Source: Clostridia bacterium
GTDB taxonomy: Bacteria; Bacillota; Clostridia; Oscillospirales; CAG-272
Length of the DNA stretch: 64,000 nucleotides
Assembly: GCA_017508665.1 (NCBI GenBank)
Contig: JAFVYL010000015.1
Coordinates: 4,421 to 68,420 of the forward strand
Direction of reading: 5' to 3'
A program made the position numbers and the translations under genes. Shown here piece by piece: positions 46,084 through 55,116 of the stretch; the stretch's first letter is position 1, and each line of letters starts with the position of its first letter. The notes under the pieces were generated by a model that saw nothing but the letters and a program-made list of their open reading frames with translations, did not search any database and had not been told where the DNA came from.

Positions 46084-46926
46084 ATGAAAAAAGTTGTAAT
46101 TGTACCGAATTTAAATAAAGATCCCGCTTTTTCAGTTACGGATAAGGTAACAAGTAAGCTGATATCACTCGGATTAGAGGTTTACGTACACAGTGACGCA
46201 GGGTACAGTAACGAAAAGGTAATTGTATATAACGAGTTTCCGGATAATATCGACCTCATCATAGTAGTCGGAGGAGACGGATCTGTGATAGATGCATCGG
46301 CATATGCTATAGATAACGATATACCGCTTCTCGGTGTAAATCTTGGGAAAGTAGGATATCTGACCGAGGTAGAGGTTGACAATTTATCGGTTCTCGACAG
46401 GCTTAACACAGGAGATTTTTCCGTAGCGGAAAAAATGCTTCTGTGTATTGAACTTGACGATGGTAGCTTGTGTGACAGATATGCCGTTAACGATATAACC
46501 ATATCACGCGACAGCTTTGTTCATATAGCTGATATAGGCGTGGAGGATTCGATAGGAAATGTGGTTAAGATCAGATCCGACGGATTGATTCTTGCAACCC
46601 CTCAGGGCTCTACCGCATATTCCTTCTCTTCCGGAGGACCTATTTTAGCGCACGATGTTGAGAGTATTTTGCTGACACCTGTAAGCCCTCACTCCTTCTT
46701 TAACAGATCTGTTATATTTAATTCCTCCGAAGTGATAAAAATCACTAATTACGGCGAGAATGCGCTAAACGTATTTGTTGACGGAAGGTGCATTGGAAAG
46801 ATTGAGGCGAGCCTATTCTGTAAAATATACAAAGCGGAAAGAAGCTTTAAGGTTTTGACCTTTACAAAGAACAGTATGTTCTCAAGCTTGTTTAAGAAAA
46901 TGAGAGTTTTAGGAGAAATAAAATAA
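46084..46926 (+). CDS. nadK: NAD kinase
   Basis: VVGGDGSVIDA, GVNLGKVGYL, ATPQGSTAYSFSSGGPI. Confidence 0.92.
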   Translation: MKKVVIVPNLNKDPAFSVTDKVTSKLISLGLEVYVHSDAGYSNEKVIVYNEFPDNIDLIIVVGGDGSVIDASAYAIDNDIPLLGVNLGKVGYLTEVEVDNLSVLDRLNTGDFSVAEKMLLCIELDDGSLCDRYAVNDITISRDSFVHIADIGVEDSIGNVVKIRSDGLILATPQGSTAYSFSSGGPILAHDVESILLTPVSPHSFFNRSVIFNSSEVIKITNYGENALNVFVDGRCIGKIEASLFCKIYKAERSFKVLTFTKNSMFSSLFKKMRVLGEIK

Positions 46927-47378
46927 TGAAAAACGCAAGGCAGAACAAAATTCTTGAGCTTATTGAAGAATATGAGATCAGCACTCAGGAAGCTCTGATA
47001 CAGAGACTTGCAGAGCATGGATTTGATTCCACACAAACTACTATCTCAAGAGATATCAGACAACTTCGTCTTATAAAGGGACCTACAGGCAGGGGAACCT
47101 ACAAATACGTTGCTCCTGAAGTTAGACGCGGAAACGACGCTCCGGGACACAATTCCGCTCTTACAGATGCGGTGATAAAAATCGAATCTGCTCAGAACAT
47201 CGTTGTAGTTAAGACGATGTCCGGTATGGCAAATGCTATAGCTGTTTGCATAGATTCTCTTCAGATAAAGGATATTGTAGGATCGGTAGCGGGCGATGAT
47301 ACCATTTTGATCGTACTTAAGACTACCGAAAAGGCAGAAACTGTAGAAGAAGAGTTGAAGGGCGTATTTGGACATTAA
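46926..47378 (+). CDS. argR: arginine repressor
   Basis: RQNKILELIEEYEISTQEALIQRL...TQTTISRDIRQL and the C-terminal GSVAGDDTILIV. Confidence 0.92.
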   Translation: MKNARQNKILELIEEYEISTQEALIQRLAEHGFDSTQTTISRDIRQLRLIKGPTGRGTYKYVAPEVRRGNDAPGHNSALTDAVIKIESAQNIVVVKTMSGMANAIAVCIDSLQIKDIVGSVAGDDTILIVLKTTEKAETVEEELKGVFGH

Positions 47379-47397
47379 TCAGAAAGGATAGACGATA

Positions 47398-49089
47398 ATG
47401 CTTCATTCGTTGCATATCGAAAATATAGCAGTCATAAAGCAGGTGGATCTTGAATTCTCTAATGGCTTTATGGTAATTAGCGGTGAGACCGGTGCCGGCA
47501 AGTCCATAATCATAGACAGCATCAATCTTATTCTTGGCGCTAAGTCGGATAAGGATCTTATAAGACACGGTGAGAGTACTGCGATGGTCAGCGCTCTGTT
47601 TACAGATCTTTCCGAACTTACTGTCCTTCAATGTGCCGAGCACGGGATCGTACTTGATGATGAAGGAAGCCTACTCATACAAAGAAGCATCAGTCAAGAC
47701 GGGCGCTCCGGAGTCAAAATCAATGGCAGAGCGGTAAATCTTGCCGTCTTGAAGCAGATAGCTCCGGGGCTCGTGAGTATTCACGGACAGACCGATACAG
47801 GTGTACTCTCAGATGTTGAAAAACATATTGATTTGCTGGATATTTACGCGTCATCCTCGAGCCTTTTATCCGGTTATCGCACAATTTACTACGATCTTGA
47901 AAAGATTCGAAGAAATATAGATGATCTGATAGCAAAGGAAGCTGAAAGAGAGAGAATGAAGGAAATCCTCTCTTACCAAATCAAGGATATTGATTCCGCA
48001 AAGCTTCACGAAGGTGAGGAAGAGGAGCTGGTAGACAAAAAAGTAAAGATCAAAAACAGCGAAAAGATCATTAAAAACTCCGAATTTGCATATAAGGCTT
48101 TGAAGGGTAGTGAAAAGGGAAGCGCAGCATATCTTATAGACAGATGTATAACCGCACTCAATCAGCTCTCTGGTGTTATTCCCGAGTATGAGGAATATGC
48201 TGAAAAGCTCAGGGACGCCCTTTCCGACGTAGAGGATGTTGCTGAGGAAGTATTCGCTGTTGTTGAGGATTTTGATACAGACCCCACATCTACTCTTAAT
48301 GACATAGAGTCCAGACTTGATAAAATAAGTAAGCTTAAGCGCAAGTACGGTTATACAGTAAAAGATATTCTCGAATTCGCCGATAAAGCAAAAGCGGAGC
48401 TTGAGATGCTTGAGAATTACGAGGATACGCTCACTTCGCTTCGTGAGCAAGAGGAAAAGCTTTATAAAAAAGCTCTCTCTGTTGCGGACGCGTTACACGA
48501 AAACAGAGCTAAAGCTGCAGAAGAGCTTAAAGATAAGGTGTGCGACATACTTGAATTTCTGGATATGCCCGGCGTTGTTTTCTTCGTAAACATATCCGGA
48601 TTTGAGGATAATGGCAAGAAAGTGCTCAACAAGGATGGATACGATAATGTTGAGTTCTATCTCAGTGCGAACAAAGGGGCAGAAGCGCAGTCGTTAGCCA
48701 AGATAGCATCAGGCGGTGAAATAGCCCGAGTTATGCTTGCGATTAAGAGCATCGTTGTCGATAAGGACGGTGTGTCGAGCGTTATTTTCGATGAAATAGA
48801 TACCGGTGTATCCGGTAAGACTGCGCGCAAAATAGGCTTGAAGATGCGATCTATGTCATCCGGTTTGCAGATATTCTGCGTTACACACAGTGCGCAGATA
48901 GCATCTCTTGCAGATATACATTTTCTTATCAGTAAGAGTGAGGTCTGCGGAAAAACCGAAACTTCGGTAAAATCGCTTGATTACGATGGCAGAGTTAAGG
49001 AGCTGTCGCGCATACTTGGCGGAATCAATATAACCGATTCACAGCGTGCTGCAGCTATTGATATGCTTAACGAACAGGAGACAAATTAA
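47398..49089 (+). CDS. recN: DNA repair protein RecN
   Basis: MLHSLHIENIAVIK, GETGAGKSII, a long coiled coil, and the C-terminal ASGGEIARVMLAIK..IFDEIDTGVSG. Confidence 0.95.
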   Translation: MLHSLHIENIAVIKQVDLEFSNGFMVISGETGAGKSIIIDSINLILGAKSDKDLIRHGESTAMVSALFTDLSELTVLQCAEHGIVLDDEGSLLIQRSISQDGRSGVKINGRAVNLAVLKQIAPGLVSIHGQTDTGVLSDVEKHIDLLDIYASSSSLLSGYRTIYYDLEKIRRNIDDLIAKEAERERMKEILSYQIKDIDSAKLHEGEEEELVDKKVKIKNSEKIIKNSEFAYKALKGSEKGSAAYLIDRCITALNQLSGVIPEYEEYAEKLRDALSDVEDVAEEVFAVVEDFDTDPTSTLNDIESRLDKISKLKRKYGYTVKDILEFADKAKAELEMLENYEDTLTSLREQEEKLYKKALSVADALHENRAKAAEELKDKVCDILEFLDMPGVVFFVNISGFEDNGKKVLNKDGYDNVEFYLSANKGAEAQSLAKIASGGEIARVMLAIKSIVVDKDGVSSVIFDEIDTGVSGKTARKIGLKMRSMSSGLQIFCVTHSAQIASLADIHFLISKSEVCGKTETSVKSLDYDGRVKELSRILGGINITDSQRAAAIDMLNEQETN

Positions 49090-49143
49090 GGTGACCGATT
49101 TTTTTCGGACGTTTTAAAAAGATCGGAATGCCAATATAGGGAA

Positions 49144-49986
49144 ATGTGCGACGTAAAGGCATGCTCGAGCGCTAAGTTGCCCGCATATGCTCGCGCCGTT
49201 GCATATCCCGATAATGAAAACAAACTTATCTGCCTTATTTCGTTGCTTAACGTGTACGATATACCGCATAGGCTTATTGGCGGTATGTCTAACGTGCTTA
49301 TAAAGAATGGCATATACAATGGAGTTTTGATAAAAACTGATAAAATCGCGACAAATTATTTGGCAGAAAACAGAATTACACTTGGATGTGGTATCAGAAC
49401 GAGTAACGTGATACACCGAATGTCAGCTATAGGACTTGGCGGAATGGAAGGGCTTGCAGGTATTCCGGGTACTGTCGGAGGCATGCTGAAGCAGAATGCC
49501 GGGGCGTACGGATACGAGATCAGCGATAGATTCACAGAAGCGAAATGCTACCTTACGGATAAGGGACATACAGTGAACTTATCAAAGGATGAGATGGATT
49601 TTTCCTATCGACACAGTATACTTTCAGATAGCAGTATAGTTTTGCTGACAGCTACATTTGAGCTTTTGCACGGATGCTCGGATGACATCATATCGCAAAT
49701 ACGATATTTTCGTTCCTGCAGAGCTGAGTCTCAGCCTATAAAATATCCGTCATTAGGAAGTGTGTTTAAAAGACATAACGGTATCGGTGCAGGTTATTAC
49801 ATAGACAGAGCGGGATTGAAGGGCTTTTCAATAGGCGGAGCTCAGATCTCGGAGAAGCATGCGGGATTTATCATCAACCGCGGTGGTGCTACTGCTGACG
49901 ATTACATAAGACTTGCAGACTATGCAAAGCGGAGAGTTTATTCTGAGTTCGGAATAGAGCTCGAGGAAGAAATAGAAGTCATATAA
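49144..49986 (+). CDS. murB: UDP-N-acetylenolpyruvoylglucosamine reductase (5' end uncertain; see findings)
   Basis: IGGMSNVLI, GIPGTVGGM, R..SQPIKYPSLGSVFK, and C-terminal GIELEEEIEVI. Confidence 0.85.
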   Translation: MCDVKACSSAKLPAYARAVAYPDNENKLICLISLLNVYDIPHRLIGGMSNVLIKNGIYNGVLIKTDKIATNYLAENRITLGCGIRTSNVIHRMSAIGLGGMEGLAGIPGTVGGMLKQNAGAYGYEISDRFTEAKCYLTDKGHTVNLSKDEMDFSYRHSILSDSSIVLLTATFELLHGCSDDIISQIRYFRSCRAESQPIKYPSLGSVFKRHNGIGAGYYIDRAGLKGFSIGGAQISEKHAGFIINRGGATADDYIRLADYAKRRVYSEFGIELEEEIEVI

Positions 49987-50070
49987 GGAGGAGGTTGCCG
50001 TGTCATTTGCGCAGGAACAAAAAGCGAGTATAATATCTCATACGATAAAAACAAGCTGTTGTAAAGAGCT

Positions 50071-50889
50071 TTGCTGCAAGGAATACTTACAGCGCGCGCT
50101 CAGGTAGCTGAAGACGGTATCAGACTGTCTGTAGATAGTACAGAAACGGCAAGCTTCGTCAAAGAACTTATATATGACGTTTATGCTAAAGATACAGAGG
50201 AGGTCACCTCAAGCGTCGGCGGCAGACGGAAATTATTGCTATTCAATACAAAATCGGTTGCCAAATACTTAAGTGATCTCGAAGAAACAGGTGTTTCCTA
50301 TCATGAAAAATGCGCACTTTGTCAATCGTATTTTTTGAGAGGACTGTTTCTCGCTTCCGGTAGAGTCTCAGATCCGGCCAAACAGTATTCCCTTGAATTT
50401 TCTGTTGGCGACCGAGCTGAGATCATTTCGGATTTTTTCGTATCAATAGGACTTGCACCTAGAATATCTCGTAAAAAGAATGAAACACTCGTATATTTTA
50501 GAAATTCAACAGCGATTGAAGATTTTTTTGCTCTCTCAAATATGAACCAAACCGCCTTTGACGTTATGAATGCAAAGATTGAGGGAGAGCTTAGAAATAC
50601 GGCTAACCGAATTGCAAATTGCGAGACAAATAATATAGACAGAGCTGTATCCGCTTCAATGTCGCAGATAGCTCTGATTGAGGAGCTCGTCGAAAGGGGT
50701 CTGATTTCACTTCTTCCGGATGAGCTTGAGCGAACTGCGAGGTTCCGCATGGAAAACAAGGATATGTCATTATCTCAGCTCGCAGGAGCAATAACTCCCC
50801 CGATTTCAAAGTCGGGACTTTCGCACAGACTGAAAAAAATTACAGAAATGGCCGAGAATATATTACACGGCAGACTCGACGATATCTGA
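50071..50889 (+). CDS. whiA: sporulation/cell-division regulator WhiA; the first ~24 codons lie in another frame (50000-50107)
   Basis: LAGLIDADG-like middle region and the C-terminal HTH MSLSQLAGAITPPISKSGLSHRLKKI. The N-terminal VSFAQEQKASIISHTIKTSCCKE is encoded from GTG at 50000, after AAGGAGGAGG. Confidence 0.85.
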   Translation: MLQGILTARAQVAEDGIRLSVDSTETASFVKELIYDVYAKDTEEVTSSVGGRRKLLLFNTKSVAKYLSDLEETGVSYHEKCALCQSYFLRGLFLASGRVSDPAKQYSLEFSVGDRAEIISDFFVSIGLAPRISRKKNETLVYFRNSTAIEDFFALSNMNQTAFDVMNAKIEGELRNTANRIANCETNNIDRAVSASMSQIALIEELVERGLISLLPDELERTARFRMENKDMSLSQLAGAITPPISKSGLSHRLKKITEMAENILHGRLDDI

Positions 50890-50904
50890 GAAAGGAAGTG
50901 TTTT

Positions 50905-53900
50905 ATGGGTGAGTTTGTTCATCTTCATCTCCATACAGAATATAGCTTACTTGACGGAGCGACCAGAATTTCCACTATAGCCGATAAAGCGCTTTCCGAC
51001 GGTCAGACGGCTGTAGCAATTACAGATCACGGTGTTATGTACGGTGCCGTTGAGTTTTATAATGCTATGAAATCCAAGGGAATAAAGCCTATTATCGGAT
51101 GTGAGGTCTACGTAGCACCGAGAGGCAGATTCCTTAAAGAAGGAAAACTTGATAATTCAGGACATCACCTCGTTTTACTTTGTAAAAACGAGATAGGATA
51201 TAAGAATCTCTCCTATATGGTTTCGGAGAGCTTTATAAACGGATTTTACTCGCGTCCGAGAATCGATATGGATCTTTTGAGAGAGCATCACGAAGGACTT
51301 GTCGCACTCTCAGGATGCGTTGGAGGATATATACCTCAGTTAATACTTGCAGGCACAATGAGTGATGCTGAAAAGTATGCTCTTGAGATGAAGGAGCTTT
51401 TTGGAGATGATTTTTATCTTGAGATACAGAATCATGGAATGGATGACGAGCGCAGGGTTGCTTACGCGCTCAAGATGATTTCCGAGAAGTGCGGTATACC
51501 TCTTGTTGCCACAAATGACGTGCATTATCTTGAGAAGAGTGATGCCGATATTCAGGCTACGCTTATGTGCGTACAGACGAATAATGTTATAACAGAGGGC
51601 AGACCCTTTGGCTTCGAGACAGATGAGTATTATTTTAAGACCGCCGATGAAATGAAGTCCTTGTTCGCAAACTTCCCGGGTGCTGTAGAGAATACGGTTA
51701 AAATTGCTGAAAAGTGTAATTTTGATTTCACCTTCAATGAGTTGCATTTACCTGATTTTGAGCCCGAGGACGGCCTTACCCATAAGGAAAAATTGCGTCT
51801 TGATGCTTATCACGGCTTCGTTGAGAGAGCAGAAAAGGGAAGATTTGATTTTTCGAGGTATCCGAGAGAGCTTTATATGGAGAGAATGGAATACGAGCTC
51901 TCCGTTATTGATAAAATGGGATTCAATGCTTACTTCTTGATAGTAAGCGATTTTGTCGCCTTTGCCAAAAACAGCGATATCCCTGTTGGTCCGGGTAGAG
52001 GCTCGGGTGCGGGAAGCCTTGTGGCTTTTTGTATAGGTATTACGGACGTTGACCCGATAGCATTTGATTTACTCTTCGAGAGATTTTTGAATCCGGAAAG
52101 AGTATCTATGCCCGATTTTGACATAGATTTCTGTTACAACCGACGCGAAGAGGTTATAGAATACGTTAAGAGAAAGTATGGGGAGGACAAGGTTGCGCAG
52201 ATAGTCACCTTTGGAACTTTAGCGCCCCGTATGGCGGTCAGAGACGTTGGACGTGCTCTCGGCCTTCCTTATGGCAAGGTTGATGCTATAGCAAAAATGA
52301 TACCGTTTGATGCCGCAAGCATCGACGATGCCTTAAACAATAAGGATCTTCGAAAAGAGTATATAGAGGACAGTGAGGTAAGAAACCTTATTGAAATGAG
52401 CCGCGGTGTCGAAGGAATGCCAAGGCATGCATCCACACACGCAGCAGGCGTAGTCATTACAAAAAAGCCCACTTGGGAATACGTTCCGCTTTCATATAGC
52501 GGTACTGGTGTGGTGACACAGTTTGATATGAATACCGCCGCATCACTTGGACTTGTAAAATTCGATTTTCTTGGACTGAGATACATCACGGTAATACATG
52601 AGGCGGAGCAGCTCATCAGAAAGAGAATTCCCGATTTCGATATATCGCGAGTTCCGTTTGATGACAAAAAGACGTTCAAACTGCTTTGTGATGCAAGAAC
52701 TGACGGTGTATTCCAGCTTGAATCCGGAGGAATGAAAGCGGTACTTTCACGACTTGCCCCCTCTTGCTTTGAGGATATAATTGCGTGCATAGCATTATTC
52801 AGACCGGGTCCTATGGATTCGATAGACAAGTTCATAGCAAGAAAGCACGGAGAAGAAAAGACAGAATATAAGATTCCCGAGCTAAAAGAAATACTTGAGG
52901 TAACTTATGGCTGTATAGTGTATCAAGAGCAAGTAATGCAGATATGCAGAAAGCTTGCGGGATACTCATATGCGAGAGCAGATATAGTCAGACGAGCTAT
53001 GTCCAAGAAAAAGACGTCTGCAATGCAGGCTGAACGCGATGCATTTCTCGACGGATGTGTGGCAAACGGCATAGAAAAAAATGACGCTGCCGATATATTC
53101 GACGAGATGGTAGGATTTGCTAAGTATGCCTTTAACAAGAGCCATGCTACCGTTTACGGTGTTACTTCATACAGAACAGCATACTTGAAAGCGCATTATC
53201 CTGCCGAGTATTTTGCAGCGTTGTTATCAAGTGTTCTCGACAATTCCAAGAAGCTAAAAGAATATATCGCTGATGCTCACAAGTTCGGTGTTAAAGTATT
53301 GCCGCCTGATATAAATATGAGCGATACAGACTTCACCGTAAGTGACGGAAATATACGTTTTGGCTTGCTTGCTATCAAGAATGTCGGGCGAGTTTTTGCA
53401 AATGCTGTAATTAAAAAGCGGCAGAATGGATATTTTACATCATTCGATAAATTTGTCAGTGCGATGGCGGATTCTGATCTGAACAAGCGCACTCTCGAAT
53501 CACTCATCAAATGCGGTGCATTTGATTCTCTCGGAGTTACCAGAAGCTCACTCCTCAGCTGTTACGAGGGGATAGTAGATTCCGAGCTCGACAGTAAGCA
53601 TTCCAATGTTGCCGGGCAGTTTGATCTTTTCTCGGTCGGCTTTGGCGCGGATTCGATAGAAGCTCCCTCTTACGATTATCCCGATCTGCCGGAGTTCTCA
53701 TTACGTGAGCTGCTGATACTTGAGAAGGAGAGCTCGGGAATGTATTTCTCGGGACATATGGCGGATAATTATTCCCGTCATATCGCAGTACTTGGTGTAG
53801 ACAAAATATCCGAGATCCTCGACGATTTTTCGGAAGAGGCTATGATGACAAACCCGAGATACAAGGATAAGTCATCGGTAAAGGTTGCAGGTATCATAAC

Positions 53901-54381
53901 CGCAAGAAAGACTAAGGTCACCAAAAACGGATCAACTATGGCCTACATCACCTTGGAGGATAGATTTGCTGAGATAGAAATAGTTGCGTTTGCCAAGCAG
54001 TATTCCGCTTACTATTCGGAACTGTATGTGGACAATGCGGTATGTATAAGCGGAAACATTTCTGCTGAGGAAGGGGAAGAACCAAAGCTTCTTTTGTCGA
54101 GTGTAGAGAAGTTGATTCCAAACACAAGTTACGTTGAAGAAAAATCGGACAGTAATGGGAGAAAAAATATTCTGTATATCAGAGTTAAAGATCAAAAGGA
54201 CGAAAGAATTCCCTTGATTTACCGTATGTCTGCTTTGAATCGCGGGCAAACTCAGATTGTTCTGTTTGATGATAGTACACGTAAATCTTTGGCTATGAAA
54301 AACATAATGATAGATCCTTCCGATAAGGTTATAGCTAAACTGAGGGATATCTTCGGACAAAACGACGTCATTCTAAGATAA
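50905..54381 (+). CDS. dnaE: DNA polymerase III alpha subunit
   Basis: PHP domain FVHLHLHTEYSLLDGA, the GPGRGSGAGSLV and PDFDIDF motifs. 1158 aa. Confidence 0.97.
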   Translation: MGEFVHLHLHTEYSLLDGATRISTIADKALSDGQTAVAITDHGVMYGAVEFYNAMKSKGIKPIIGCEVYVAPRGRFLKEGKLDNSGHHLVLLCKNEIGYKNLSYMVSESFINGFYSRPRIDMDLLREHHEGLVALSGCVGGYIPQLILAGTMSDAEKYALEMKELFGDDFYLEIQNHGMDDERRVAYALKMISEKCGIPLVATNDVHYLEKSDADIQATLMCVQTNNVITEGRPFGFETDEYYFKTADEMKSLFANFPGAVENTVKIAEKCNFDFTFNELHLPDFEPEDGLTHKEKLRLDAYHGFVERAEKGRFDFSRYPRELYMERMEYELSVIDKMGFNAYFLIVSDFVAFAKNSDIPVGPGRGSGAGSLVAFCIGITDVDPIAFDLLFERFLNPERVSMPDFDIDFCYNRREEVIEYVKRKYGEDKVAQIVTFGTLAPRMAVRDVGRALGLPYGKVDAIAKMIPFDAASIDDALNNKDLRKEYIEDSEVRNLIEMSRGVEGMPRHASTHAAGVVITKKPTWEYVPLSYSGTGVVTQFDMNTAASLGLVKFDFLGLRYITVIHEAEQLIRKRIPDFDISRVPFDDKKTFKLLCDARTDGVFQLESGGMKAVLSRLAPSCFEDIIACIALFRPGPMDSIDKFIARKHGEEKTEYKIPELKEILEVTYGCIVYQEQVMQICRKLAGYSYARADIVRRAMSKKKTSAMQAERDAFLDGCVANGIEKNDAADIFDEMVGFAKYAFNKSHATVYGVTSYRTAYLKAHYPAEYFAALLSSVLDNSKKLKEYIADAHKFGVKVLPPDINMSDTDFTVSDGNIRFGLLAIKNVGRVFANAVIKKRQNGYFTSFDKFVSAMADSDLNKRTLESLIKCGAFDSLGVTRSSLLSCYEGIVDSELDSKHSNVAGQFDLFSVGFGADSIEAPSYDYPDLPEFSLRELLILEKESSGMYFSGHMADNYSRHIAVLGVDKISEILDDFSEEAMMTNPRYKDKSSVKVAGIITARKTKVTKNGSTMAYITLEDRFAEIEIVAFAKQYSAYYSELYVDNAVCISGNISAEEGEEPKLLLSSVEKLIPNTSYVEEKSDSNGRKNILYIRVKDQKDERIPLIYRMSALNRGQTQIVLFDDSTRKSLAMKNIMIDPSDKVIAKLRDIFGQNDVILR

Positions 54382-54410
54382 ATTAATATTTACATGTTTG
54401 AGGTATAAAA

Positions 54411-55103
54411 ATGTTTATAAGCATTCTTTTTGATATCATTCTTGCCGGTCTCTTAATTGGAGGAGGCTTTTTGGGCGTAAAGAAAGGATTTATAGGTGCA
54501 ATGGCAAAGCCTGTAAAAATAATTCTTACTTTCATCCTTGCTTTTTCACTTGCCGGTGTTGTAAGTAATCTTATTGTTGAACCTATTATTGGTCCTGCCA
54601 TTTCGCACAAGATGACCGATATTCTTGTAGAAAAGTATTCTGACATTACAGCCGATACAGCAAATGAAAAGCTTCCGACTCTTATTAAATTCGCTGCAAG
54701 TATGTGCGGAGTTAATGTTAAGGATGTAGCGACTCAGGCTGACGGTGTCCATGTAGTTGAGGCTATCGCCGCTTCTGTAACAGCACCGGTTGTCAGTATT
54801 ATGGGACGTATCCTTGGCTTTGTTATAGCTTATTTCTTCTCAAAGTTCCTCGCAGGCTTCTTAATGAAGCTTATTGACAATCTTCTTGATAAAGGTGTTG
54901 CGGGAAGCGTAAACAAGACACTCGGTTGTATATTTATGGTATTCCTTGCATTCGTTGCGGGATGGGCATTTACATCATTCTTTGAGTTTATATTCAATAT
55001 TCCCGCAATAGCTGCGACAAAGGGAATTCAGAGATTTAACGGAGGGCCGATATATAAGCTCTTTAGAACGATCACACCCTTGGATCTCTTATTAAGTTTT
55101 TAA
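54411..55103 (+). CDS. cvpA: CvpA-family membrane protein
   Basis: MFISILFDIILAGLLIGGGFLGVKKGFI is a typical CvpA N-terminus. Several TM segments. Confidence 0.65.
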   Translation: MFISILFDIILAGLLIGGGFLGVKKGFIGAMAKPVKIILTFILAFSLAGVVSNLIVEPIIGPAISHKMTDILVEKYSDITADTANEKLPTLIKFAASMCGVNVKDVATQADGVHVVEAIAASVTAPVVSIMGRILGFVIAYFFSKFLAGFLMKLIDNLLDKGVAGSVNKTLGCIFMVFLAFVAGWAFTSFFEFIFNIPAIAATKGIQRFNGGPIYKLFRTITPLDLLLSF

Positions 55104-55116
55104 GTAGGTATTTAAA

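Noticed and set aside
49087-49146. recN-murB translational read-through fusion (murB is in the same frame as recN)
   Set aside because: A TAA stop separates them, and there is no known recoding signal. The GTG plus T7-run explanation is simpler.
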